In this document: in pieces, positions 1 through 10,800 of the stretch
How the letters are laid out: each line of letters starts with the position of its first letter
How positions within the stretch are numbered: the first letter of the stretch is position 1
Source of the DNA: Sphaerodactylus townsendi
Taxonomy: Eukaryota
Assembly: GCF_021028975.2 (NCBI RefSeq)
Contig: NC_059440.1
Coordinates: forward strand, 10,974,001 to 11,038,000
DNA length: 64,000 bases
Direction: 5' to 3'
The notes under the pieces: generated by a model
Databases searched by the model: none
What the model saw: the letters and a program-made list of their open reading frames with translations, nothing else
Told to the model about the DNA's origin: nothing
Position numbers and translations under genes: made by a program

Positions 1-1475
1 TGGACAACGAAGTGGTGCAGCTCCGCGAAAGGCATTGGCGGATATTCAGCTTGTCTGGCACGCTGGAGACTGTGCGTGGTCGGGGTGTCGTGGGACGAGT
101 GAGTGTGAGAGCGGACTGTCTGAAGGGAGGAGAGGGCCTCCTCCCTTCGTAAGCGCAGAGCTCACCTGGCATCTCAGTTCCTCTGAGTATCAGCCGAGTT
201 CTGGCAACCCTTGGGCCCCTTCTGCACATACAGAATAATGCACTTTCAATCCACTTTCACAATTGTTTGCAAGTGGATTTTGCTATTTCATATAGTAAAA
301 TCCAGCTTCAAAGTGCATTGAAAGTGAATTGAAAGTGCCTTATTCTGCATGTGTGGAAGGGGCCTTGGGGACTTCTGTAGCAAGGACTGTTTTGGTTCTC
401 TCAGGGATTTGGAATGGAATTGTGCATGGATGCACTGACCTCTGCTGGTGACAGGGCAGGAGGGGGATGCAATAGTGTGGGGAAGGCAAGGTGGGGATTG
501 AAAGCGGTGTCTCTTGCACGCTGGGCAGGAAGATCCCATGTCACAGTCATCTGTTCTGAAGGTGTTTTGTCTCCTCAGGAGCCAGTCCTGTCCAAAGAGC
601 AGCCAGCCTTCCAGTACAGCAGTCACGTCTCCTTGCAGGCATCCAGCGGCCACATGTGGTAAGGAATTTGTGAATCAAAAAAAAAAACACACACACACAG
701 CAGAGCTGCAAGGCTCTGTGGGAAGCAGGCTTCCTGAGAGATAAGCTGGCCAGGGGTGTGGGAACATGTGATCAGGGCCAGCCTCTTTAATGCCTTGAAT
801 TCCCAGGAGCAGCTTCCTTCTCCTCCATGTCATAAAGTTGCTAGAATAACTTGTCCTTGCGAAAAGGAGCCCTAGAGAGAAATTTTCCATGTTCCTTGCA
901 GAGGCATAGGGGGCAAAATGGTACCCACCCGCACGGGGCCCTCATCCCCCCCACGGCCCCCCACCCCCACTTACCTTAGTTCCTCTCTCCTGCAGGCTGG
1001 TGGGAACTTACCTTCCCAGGAGCAAGGTATCTGGGATGTGTAGTTCTCACCAGGCTGCAGGAGAGAGGAATTTCCTGGTGGGAAGAGAGAGAAACTAAGG
1101 GGCAGGAGAGAGGAACTAAGATAAGTGGGCGTGGGGGGAGGGGTCGGGGAGCAATTTTCCGCCCCCACCAGAGCTTGCCCGGTGAACCCCCCCTCCTGTC
1201 CCCTTATAGCTCCGCCACTGATTCCTTGTAAAGTGGGGTTAGGGAGGGGTGTGTGTGGAGGGTCATAGCATATTGCACTGTTCCTTTTCTCCCTGGTCTC
1301 TTGAATGTTTACCGATATAAACTGCCAGCCCTTCACTCTAGTCTTTGCTTGGCACCGTAGGGGCACTTTCCGCTTTGAACGGCCTGATGGTTCTCACTTC
1401 GATGTCCGAATCCCACCCTTCTCTCTGGAAAGCAACAAGGACGAGAAGACGCCCCCTTCTGGTCTCCACTGGTAG
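1..1475 (+). CDS. POLDIP2: Polymerase delta-interacting protein 2, 3' end (ApaG domain). Coding exons <1-98, 579-658, 1361-1475 (stop TAG 1473-1475)
   Basis: Spliced translation DNEVVQLRERHWRIFSLSGTLETVRGRGVVGR|EPVLSKEQPAFQYSSHVSLQASSGHMW|GTFRFERPDGSHFDVRIPPFSLESNKDEKTPPSGLHW* matches the vertebrate POLDIP2 C-terminus; GT/AG junctions keep frame; gene starts upstream of the window. Confidence 0.97.
214..364. mobile_element. PIF/Harbinger-like palindromic MITE
   Basis: TIRs GGCCCCTTCTGCACAT / ATGTGTGGAAGGGGCC, internally palindromic, 3-bp TSD TTG (211-213 and 365-367). Confidence 0.85.
899..1220. mobile_element. Non-autonomous hAT-like element in last POLDIP2 intron
   Basis: Imperfect termini CAGAGGCATAG / CTCCGCCACTG; 8-bp TSD GTTCCTTG / ATTCCTTG. 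Confidence 0.6.
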
Positions 1476-3065
1476 AGCCGTCCTCAGGAAACCAGGCTCC
1501 CCAGGAACGCGCCCACCTTTTTTCAAAGGCTGAAAAGGATTGTGTTTTTAAAAACATTTTGATCCCACCTTCCCTTGTTTTTTTACCAACTATTGAGAGA
1601 TTTATGGGGCTCGGTGGGGTGTGGGAAGAGTTTGGAGCTGTTAAATCTGACTCGCTGTGGCTGCTTGGCCCCATGAACCCTTTCCCCACCCTAGCTGTGC
1701 AAGCTGGGGTCTCCAGAGACCCCAACTGCTATGAATGGAGCCCGTAAAGGCCTACTGGCTGTGAACCATTGGAAATGTGAAGTCCCACCCAAATGAAGAC
1801 ATCATCCCCAGTGGTAGGCCAGTCTTCCATCATAGCCCCAAGACGTTGCTGTCTTCCCCATTTCTAGCTTCCTCCCGCTCTCGGAGGTGGTGTCATATTA
1901 AAAGGTTGGAGGTTGGGAATGGTAAGAATAGGGAAATATCCCAACTGCTGTATCCCACCTCTCACTGCAAAGCTGAAGCATCCCTTTTAGATACTGGGTA
2001 CTCTCTTTTGCACTGACTTTTCTTAGTTGGAGCCTGAACCCCCCTGGGATTTGGGGTGGGTTGTTCCTCCTGCAGGAATATCAATTATTTTCCAGAGTAG
2101 CTGGAGCTACCAATTCCTGGCCCTCAGGGCTGGGCCATTTGCTTTGATAGCTGTGGGTCGGTGTGTAGCATTCCCACCTCACTGTTGTGTCAGTTCATTT
2201 TCCGGCCTTTGCTTACTTGGGTGGGGCATGACTTGGAATTTAATACATAAGACAGGAGTTGTGAGCAAGGCAAAGCGGATTACAATGTGGAGCGGTTTAG
2301 TATTGCACACTTGCTGTTACAGCAGAATGCTTTCCCCAGGTGCAAAGCTGCCAACTGTTTCCCCCCACCTATTTATTGGCATCCTGGAACAGCCCTAAGG
2401 CAGAATGGCGCCATCTAGGGAAAGGGCAAGCATTCTGAGGTGCAAAGTCAGCAGATGCTCACAATCCAAGGAGCCGTTTGGCCTCTAAGTAAACAGAGCC
2501 GGTCTTGCAGAGAGGAGCTCCTTCAGCTGGTCCTTTCCTTCCCGAACTGCATATTTTTTAAGCAATTAAATTAAAATACCTCCAACAACGTAGCTGTTTC
2601 TCTGGTGATTCTGCCGCAGCTGCTGCAAATGCCAAAGTGGCTGTCACAGGCAAAGGTGTCACGAACAGCCCAGTGGTGTGAATTAGATGCAGCTAACACT
2701 GTTCCTCTGACCCAGGTTCCCACTCTGCTGGTGTGTCTGCCAACAGCTCTTTAAAAAAAGGAACCAAACCAGCTGTGGTTCAGAATTGGAAGAGTAGCAC
2801 ACCTACACATCCGGGAAAGCTTTCTCCTTGGTCCTGTTTCTGGTAGTTGAGCAAGCCAGCAGTAAAAATGGGGGAACATTCTTAGATGGAGTGCTAAAAG
2901 GAAGGGGTCTTTGGGGATGGGGGTGGGAGTATGTTGCTTTCTCAAATACTTCTTTTGGGCCATTTCCCTTGAAGGGGCAAGTCCTCCCACAGTGCATTGG
3001 AACTTTTAGAGGCTTTGGCAGAGACTGGCTTTGTCATGTAAATAACTGTAAAAAAAAGGCTATTC

Positions 3066-3071
3066 AATAAA
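3066..3071 (+). terminator. Likely POLDIP2 polyadenylation signal (AATAAA), implying a ~1.6-kb 3' UTR
   Basis: AATAAA followed by GT-rich sequence, just before the repeat-rich intergenic stretch. Confidence 0.55.
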
Positions 3072-3356
3072 TGTGGTTGAAGTAACCTTGGTATTATGGA
3101 TGCTGATGACTAATAGTTCCTCCTGAAATCGCTACCTGCGTAGCTGCAGCTTCGGTTGAGGAGCAGCTTGAATTGATGGAAGAACAGGGATGGTTTGTGG
3201 TAAGAAAATGGTCATTTGAACATGAGGGTTTCTTTCAACTTCTTTCTTTGGGGTGTGCAACTGTGCAGTGCTTTTCTCAGACATCTGAATCCAAAACATG
3301 AGGGTGAGAGAACAGGAATCCAGGGACATGGATGGTCAGGTGTCATTTCATGAATA

Positions 3357-3580
3357 GAGGAATGTGGATTTAAACCCCACTTTTCTCTCGAAAGGAGTCC
3401 CAAAGTGGCTTACAATTACCTTCCCTTTCCCTCTCCATAACAAGACATCATGTGAGGAGGTGGGACCGAGAGAATTCTGAGAGAGCTGTGATTAGCCCAA
3501 GGTCACCCAGCAGGCTTCAGGGGCAGGATTGGGCAAACAAACCTGGTTTACCAGTTTCTTAACCACTCCACCATGCTGGG
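3357..3580 (-). mobile_element. Squam3-like SINE, degenerate
   Basis: Reverse complement of the SINE body (gcccaaggtcacccagc, ttaaccact...catgctgg). Confidence 0.7.
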
Positions 3581-3915
3581 CAGGACAAGACTTCATGGAT
3601 AAGGTTAAGGTGGCGTCTGAGCAGAAATCTGGTAAATGATATCACAGAGCTGAGCAAGGATTCTAGCCTGAAACAGCTGCAAGGATTAAAACAACTGTAT
3701 TTTATTTAGCTTGGATTTGATTTTAAGTAGTATAGCTGCTGTAATTGTTTATCAAGTTTTATATGTTATGTTTTATTACTGTAAGCCACTTTAAGCCCTT
3801 TCGGAGAGGGCGGCATATAAATTGAAATAAATAAAAGATGGAGTTGTTTGAGAGCAAAAAGAACCAGGGAGGGGGAGGCTGAGCCCTTCGGGGGCAGGGC
3901 GGTCTACTAAATCGA

Positions 3916-3983
<68 letters not shown>
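3916..3983. repeat. (AAT)n microsatellite
   Basis: ~22 perfect AAT units following an L2-like 3' end. Confidence 0.95.
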
Positions 3984-3985
<2 letters not shown>

Positions 3986-4152
3986 TTGTTGCAATGAAGG
4001 CCAACAACCAGCTAAAGATCTGGCAGCTGTGAAATCTACAATAATAATAATAAAATACATTACAACTTCCTAGGCTTCTGGGTGAGGCTCGTAATGAAGG
4101 CCAACAACCAGTTAAAGATCTGGCAGTTGTGAAATCTACAATAATAATAATA
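3984..4152 (+). mobile_element. Two tandem 5'-truncated LINE 3' ends, probably R4/Dong, each ending in (AAT)n
   Basis: Direct repeat aatgaaggccaacaaccagYtaaagatctggcagYtgtgaaatctacaataataat at ~3993 and ~4093, embedded in TAA repeats; family assignment from recalled resemblance. Confidence 0.55.
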
Positions 4153-4159
4153 TTATTGA

Positions 4160-4252
4160 TCCTCTGAAGATGCCAGCCACAGATGCAGGCGAAACGTCAG
4201 GAGAGAATGCTGCTAGAACACGGCCATACAGCCCGGAAACCACACAGCACCC
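4160..4252 (+). mobile_element. Penelope-like element pLTR fragment carrying a minimal hammerhead ribozyme (4160-4202)
   Basis: TCCT-CTGAAGA-TGCCAGCCACAGATGCAGGC-GAAAC-GTC-AGGA: CUGANGA and GAAA cores, stem I TCCT/AGGA, stem II GCC..GGC, GUC triplet; followed by cacggccatacagcccggaaacc typical of squamate PLEs. Confidence 0.8.
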
Positions 4253-4359
4253 AATAATAATAATAGTTGGGGCAGTGCAGAGAGATGGGAAGAAAGAAGC
4301 CACCGAGCGAGAACTTTGTGCTGGTTATGAAAGGTGCGTGCAGAAGGCTTTAGCTTAGG

Positions 4360-4800
4360 CATTTGCGCCCTGGTTGCGTGTTTGGACGGAGCTCTCTCCC
4401 CATTGGAGGACTGGTCTGCCGCTCAATGTTTCGCTCGAGCCTAGGCTCCGCCTTCCCCTGCCACCGGAACCACCTGTCGCGTAAAGAAGCTACATTCGGT
4501 CGCTGACCCGGAAGTGTTGTCGCGGCAAGGGAGAGAAGCATGGTTGTCCCGAAGGAGGGTGGCGGCGGCGGCCACCGGCCTGGAGCCCTGAAGCAGCAGA
4601 ACAAGCCGCACAAAGCGGGCAGGCACCGCCGCAACAGCACTCGGAGGCACGCCGGTAAGCGCGCCGGGGGAAGGGTGGCGTGCGAGCGGGGTCTGGCGTG
4701 AAGAAGGCTGGGGCCGCTGAATGGCGGATGGAGCCTCTCTCCATATAGAGGTGGTCGAGCCGCAGAGAGGGGCAAGCACAGACCCCGGCAGGCGACTTCT
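4360..4800 (+). promoter_or_regulatory. TSR1 CpG-island promoter
   Basis: CpG-dense stretch spanning exon 1; ETS/GABP site CCGGAAGT at 4508-4515; inverted CCAAT (ATTGG) near 4402. Confidence 0.75.
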
Positions 4801-7800
4801 GTGCCCCCTCCCCCTTTGGAGTTTTCAGAGGCCGTCTCCCCAACAGTGCTCATGTGGCTGGTCTGGGTGAGAAAGCAAGATGTCAGTTGCAACTCCCCGC
4901 CTCGTCCCCTTCCGTTAAAAGGAGGTTTCTCTGTCTAACGTGCAGTAAACTGTTGCAAAGCGCTTTTAGATTGAGATGGTGGTGGATTGCAATGGTGAGG
5001 CGGGCCCGAGTCTGTGGAAGCATTTTCAGAATTTCTGTAAAGTCTCTCAGTGGCCCCCTAGGGCAGCAGGTACAAAAGGTATAGGGCTAGGAAACGGTGT
5101 TTTCCTTCTCCTGTTTTTTACTGTTTTATTTTCTCAACATACTTATGGATAAAAAAAACCCATGAACACTTTCAAACCCCCCCTTAATGCAAGAACGTGA
5201 AGTGCGAAGAGGAAAAGTAACCAAATAACGATCTTCCACTATCTCATTGAATTCTAGTCTCATTGAATTCTAGTCTAGGAATCATTGAGTCTGTCATCTG
5301 CACCTCTATAACTGTGTGGTTTGGTTCTGCAACCCAACAAGATCGGCACAGACTTCAGAGAATAATCAGAACTGCAGAAAAAACAATTGCTGCTAACCTG
5401 CCTTCCATTGAGGACCTGTATACTGCACGGGTCAAAAAAAGGGCTGTGAAAATATTTACTGACCCCTCGCATCCTGGACATAAACTGTTTCAACTCTTAC
5501 CCTCTAAACGTCGCTACAGAGCACTGCACACCAAGACAACTAGACATAAGAACAGTTTTTTCCTGAATGCCATCACTCTTGTTGAAACAAAATAATTCCC
5601 TCGATCAATGTTAAAGCTATTTATTTATATACTCTATTATATAATTACTGCACTTCTTTTTTCATCATTCCTATTACCCATCTTTCCCTCCCACTTATGA
5701 CTGTATGACTATAGCCTGTGCGGACATTTTATTTTATTTTATTTTATTTTATTTTATTTTATGATTTTACATTTTATGTTTTCATTACTACTGATTGTTT
5801 CCTGATTGCTTACTAGACCTATATGACAATCATTAAGTGCTGTACCTTATGATTAAGTGCTGTACCTTATGATTCTTGACAAATGTATTTTTTTTTTATG
5901 TACACTGAGAGCATATGCACCGGAGACAAATTCCTTGTGTGTCCAATCACACTTGGCCAATAAAGATTCTATTCTATTCTATTCTAATCCATTCCAGGTT
6001 CATGCATCTACTTAAAACTGAATAATTTATCAGTTACGCATTTTATTATTTGTAACATTCTATTTCAATCTGCTGTTTTCTTTTAGAACTCAAAACCTAC
6101 AGCTGTTTCTCTTCTAAAATATATTTTCAATCAGTCTGTAGAAGGGTTTTAGTTTTCTACAAACTTCTCTGTATTAACATCCTTTAGTAAAGTGGTTAAT
6201 TTTGCAGTTTCTGAATATTCTGTAGCATTTTTCTTCTCAAATCGGTTTTATGTACCTGCATGTGTGTATTATAGTGCTCCACAGTAAGTACTTTTTTTCT
6301 TTCTCAGTCGGAGTTTCTGCCAAAACTCTCAGCCATCAAAAGCGCCAGAATTTGGCCAAGATGGATCGCAAGCATCGCGCATCGCAGCTCCGGAAACAGT
6401 CCAAGGAGGCGGTGAGCTTGTTAACAGGCATGAAAAATCAGAGCTGGAACTGGTTGTTGTGGGTTTTCTGGGCTGTGTGGCAGTGGTAGATCTTGTTCCT
6501 AACATTTCACCTGCATCTGTGGCTGGCATCTTCAGAGGTGTATCCCAGAAAGAAATCTGTTACACATGTAACAGACTTCTCTCTGGGATACACCTCTGAA
6601 GATGCCAGCCACAGAAGCAGGCGAAACATTAGGAACAAGATCTACCAGACCACGGCCACACAGCCCGGAAAACCCACAACAACCAGTTGAATCCAGCTGT
6701 GAAAGCCTTCGACAATACATGGAGCTGAAACTATTTGTTGTTGTGAAGAAGGGCAAGGCGGACTAAATTTTTCTCTCTCTCTGTGATCACAGGTGTTGGC
6801 AGAGAAGCGAAACTTGGGCCACAAGGGTGGGCCACCGCACTTGGTGGTTGTGGTCCCGCTGCACGCTAATGTTGACAGCCAGAGTGTTTTGCACCTGTTT
6901 CAAAGCAACGAGGCTTCTGTTGTGTGCCAGGCTGAGAGGGGTTTCCCAGGCTTTGTCTTTCAGTGCCCTCGATCTAAGTTACGATGGCAATTTGTGGTAG
7001 CTGACAGAGGTGAGGACATCGTCGCTGACAGATTCAGCTGTTCACAGACTCTGAGTGAGCTCAGTCTTCACTAGCGCAAATCTTATTTTTCTAGGGAACC
7101 TTCTTGCTATTCTGGACCTTGCTAAAGTTGCTGACACCCTTCTTTTTGTGCTGGATTTACTGGAAGGCTGGGATGCCATTGGCAATAATTGTCTGTCTTG
7201 CATATTTGCACAGGGCCTCCCCAACTATGGTGAGTATGGCTACCCTGCATTCCTTGTAGCTTGTAATAGTGTGGGTTAGCCTTGATGACCAGGGAAATGC
7301 TTGCAGTGTAGACCTGTTGTTGGGAGATTAAGACAAAAGGGAAAGCTTCTCTGAAGACGTTAGTAGTTTTCATGGGGACTAGGTCTGTTGCTGGCTGTTA
7401 CCCATTAGTGCTAAACAGCCTGGTACCTCTAAATATCAAATGCTAAGGATAGAGAAGAGCAGTTGATGCATTTCCCATTTGGCTGGTCTTGAGTGAAAGC
7501 AAGATGCCACATGCAGTACTTGGTGTGCAGTACTTGGTGTGATCTAGCAAGGCTGTTCTTGTTTGTCTAGTGGTTGCTTTATGTAGAATAATTGGAAGAG
7601 AAGGCAGTGGATTTCTAAGCAGTGCTGCAAAAGTGTTAAGCTTTTACATGGCATTTCCTGCCATTTCATGTTTGGTTTGCTCTGCTGCAGGGTATTTACC
7701 TGGGTTCCCATGGTTTTGTGCTGTCCAGTCCAGGCCCAAATTTATTTTCCATGTTTTGTCTGCAGGCCTTGCTGTTCAAGGTCTTGCTGACGAACCACTG

Positions 7801-10800
7801 AAGAAACAGATTGACTTGCAGAAAAAACTGAGGAAGGTTACCGAGAAGAGGTTCCCTGAAGCCAAGCTCTTTCCCCTCGACACAGAGCAGGAGTCTGCAC
7901 TCCTGCTGCATCACCTTGCCACCCAGAAGCAGCGGCACCTGGCGTTCCGGGACCGGCGAGCCCACCTGTTGACTGAGGCTGTGGAATTTGTCCCTGGGCC
8001 AGGCAGTGACTTAGTGGGGACTCTGAAGGTGTCTGGCTACGTGAGAGGGCGGAGCTTGAATGTAAATAGTTTGGTGCATATTGTGGGCCATGGGGACTTT
8101 CAGATGAGCCAGGTAGATGCCACTCCGGAGCCATTTGTGCCAAACCTGAATGCTGCTAAAGGGCAACGTAGAAGACGCCAAGGCTTGCAGGTATGACTGG
8201 GTTCTGTTGCCTTGCTGGGCAGCTGGGATTAAGTGAGGGGTTAAGTGTCTGAAAGTTCAGATGAAGACTGCCATCTTCAGTGAGTTACAAAGCTTCTGCC
8301 TGTGGCTTGTGGGTAGTGGCAGCACTGGTGCTTCTGTTTCCTAGGACAGCCCTTTCAGCGGAGTGGCTGAGATGGAGGAAGACGTACAGGTCTTAATGAG
8401 AGCCGATCCTAACAAGCAGGAGTCTCTGCAGTCAGAGATGGTCCCTGATCCCATGGATGGAGAGCAGACCTGGCCCACTGAAGAAGAACTGAATGAGGCA
8501 GCAGGTGAAGTCTGTGGTGGCTGGGAGAACTGAGTCTTCTCGGTTATATTCCTTTCTAATTCTGTCTTTTCGGGATGAGTGTGTATCTCATCCAGCTCTT
8601 CCCTCAAGGTTTTCCAATTCTTTGTGGCAATTGGAAGCCAAATATGTGCTACGCCAGGCATTGGCAATCTTCTGGAACTGGCGTTTGTGAATGTGCTTTT
8701 ACTTTGGCATGTGTGAACACTTTTCCATCTAATGTCCTACTAGGAACATTTCAGCTTGTCCCCTATCTGGAAAGGCTTTGTCCCTATGGCTCTGGTTCAC
8801 CAAATTCAATACTACATATCATCCTTCAGCGTCGACTGTATCAGGGTCCTCGTAGTGCATGCCTTTCAGCCTTACTTCAGACCAAAAAAATTGTAAACAC
8901 GGCTCAGCTAATTCAGTCTTTGCTGTGAGATGATGACACTGAAACTTCTGTTTTGGTAACCAAGTTTTTAGTGATACTAAGAGTAGTGGAGTCTCCTTCT
9001 TTGGAGGTTTTTAAGCAGAGGCTGAGTGAACATATGTCGGGAGTGCTTTGATTGTGTGTTCCTTCATGGCAGGGAGTTGGACTTGATGGCCCTTGTGGTC
9101 TCTTCCAACTCTATGATTCTGTTAAAGCAAAAAAATAAAATCCTTTTGACATTATTAATTATGCCTATTAGGACACCTACTGCTGTCCGACTTTACTTTT
9201 AAATTGTTAAATTGTTTTTATTTACATTGTAACTTTATATTATTGGGTAGAGGATTTTATTGGCATATTTATTCTTAGCAATTTTCTTTCAAATCTGATT
9301 CAATTCTGGAGCTCCAGGATCTGACCATCAATCTATGCAGATCATTTTCTGTCATCTTGTTAAACTATGCTTGAGGCTGTAGGTTGGGTTTATGTAATTT
9401 TTAACTTATGCCTATTAAAGATTAATAAAATGAAATGGCTGTGCATGCCTGCATAGATCACATCTTTTTTGGGAACCCAGGTCCAGGGTTCCGCTCCACA
9501 TCTTTGCAATTGTAGAGGAGGGTTGGCCCTGCCTGGTGAGCATTCTGCATTTGACCCTGACTGGCCTTCGCCCACACTCCTGCAGAATCCCTGAAGCAGA
9601 CCAAGAAGATCTCCAAGAAGGTCCCCAAAGGCACTTCCGCCTACCAAGCCGCCTGGATCGTAAATGAGAGAGAAGGAGAAAGCGGCAGTGACGACGAACA
9701 AGATGAGGCAAATGAGATGGAGGAAGAGATGTTTACAGAAGAGGCCATCTCCCAGGTAACAGAACTGGCGGGTGAAAGCATTACCTGGCTTGAATGTGTA
9801 CAGGATGTCACGGCTGTGATTGATGCCTAGTGGACTGTACAGCTGGAGACAGCACAAAGCAAGGGAGAAGAAGTGAGACCTGTGATGAACCAACAGCAGG
9901 CATGGCACAAATCAAGTATGCTGATCTGGGAAGGCAGCAAATGTTAGCTTGGTGGTTAGCTCCATCCCTCAAGCCGAGAAGGAAAGGTGGCATTGCCCTG
10001 GGGATGATTTCTGTTTCCTACCTTCCTCAGTGCAATGCAGGTAAGAACTTGGGTGGAGTGTTCTTCCCCCACCTGACTGAGGTTCTTGTTCCTGATAGGC
10101 TTGCAGGTAGATTTGTGGATTCCTATTGATAGAGCAACTGCGGGGAAGGGCTCTGAGAGAAAGCAAAGTTGTGGCGGGATATTGCAGAAGAGACTCCCTG
10201 GAAAGGCTGACAGTATAGGAGAGGCTTTGCTGGAGACTTCTGTCCTAGTTGTCAGCCTGGGTTGGCCCTCTATTCTGTGTTAGCTGACCCCGTGCAGACA
10301 CTGTACTGTTTTTATATCCCAGGATGGGAGCAGCAGTGAGGAGGAAGAAGCTACAGAGGATGAAGAATGTGAGTCTATGGTGTTGCCAGAGACTGAAGAG
10401 GATGCTGAGGAGGAGGAGGCAGTGCTGGAGAAGTACCAGCGTGAACGACAAGATGAGATGTTTCCAGACGAAGTGGACACTCCCCGAGATGTGCTGGCCA
10501 AGATCCGGTAAGAGCACCATTCCAGAGGGAGGAAAGCAAGGAGTTGTGCAGGGGGAGGGTACTGAACTTGCAGCAGCTTGCTCCCACCCACCCCCTACCC
10601 CCATCATACCAGGTCACATAGCCAGGCTAGCTTGTATAAGGTAGGCAAGTGCTAGCATAGGTGTCAAACATCATGCTGGCACGGAATGATGGGAACTGTA
10701 GTCTATAACATCTGGAGGGACGCGAGTTTGATATCTATATGCTAGATCATCAGGGGCTCATTCTTCATCCTTCCCGGATAGTTTGTGGTGATGTGCTGAG

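Noticed and set aside
3759-4060. Poly-Leu and poly-Tyr ORFs resembling a signal or membrane peptide
   Set aside because: Translations of the (AAT)n microsatellite.
8929-8983. ATGATGA in TSR1 intron 6 as a second snoRNA
   Set aside because: No convincing D box, terminal stem or rRNA guide; runs into a CR1 fragment.
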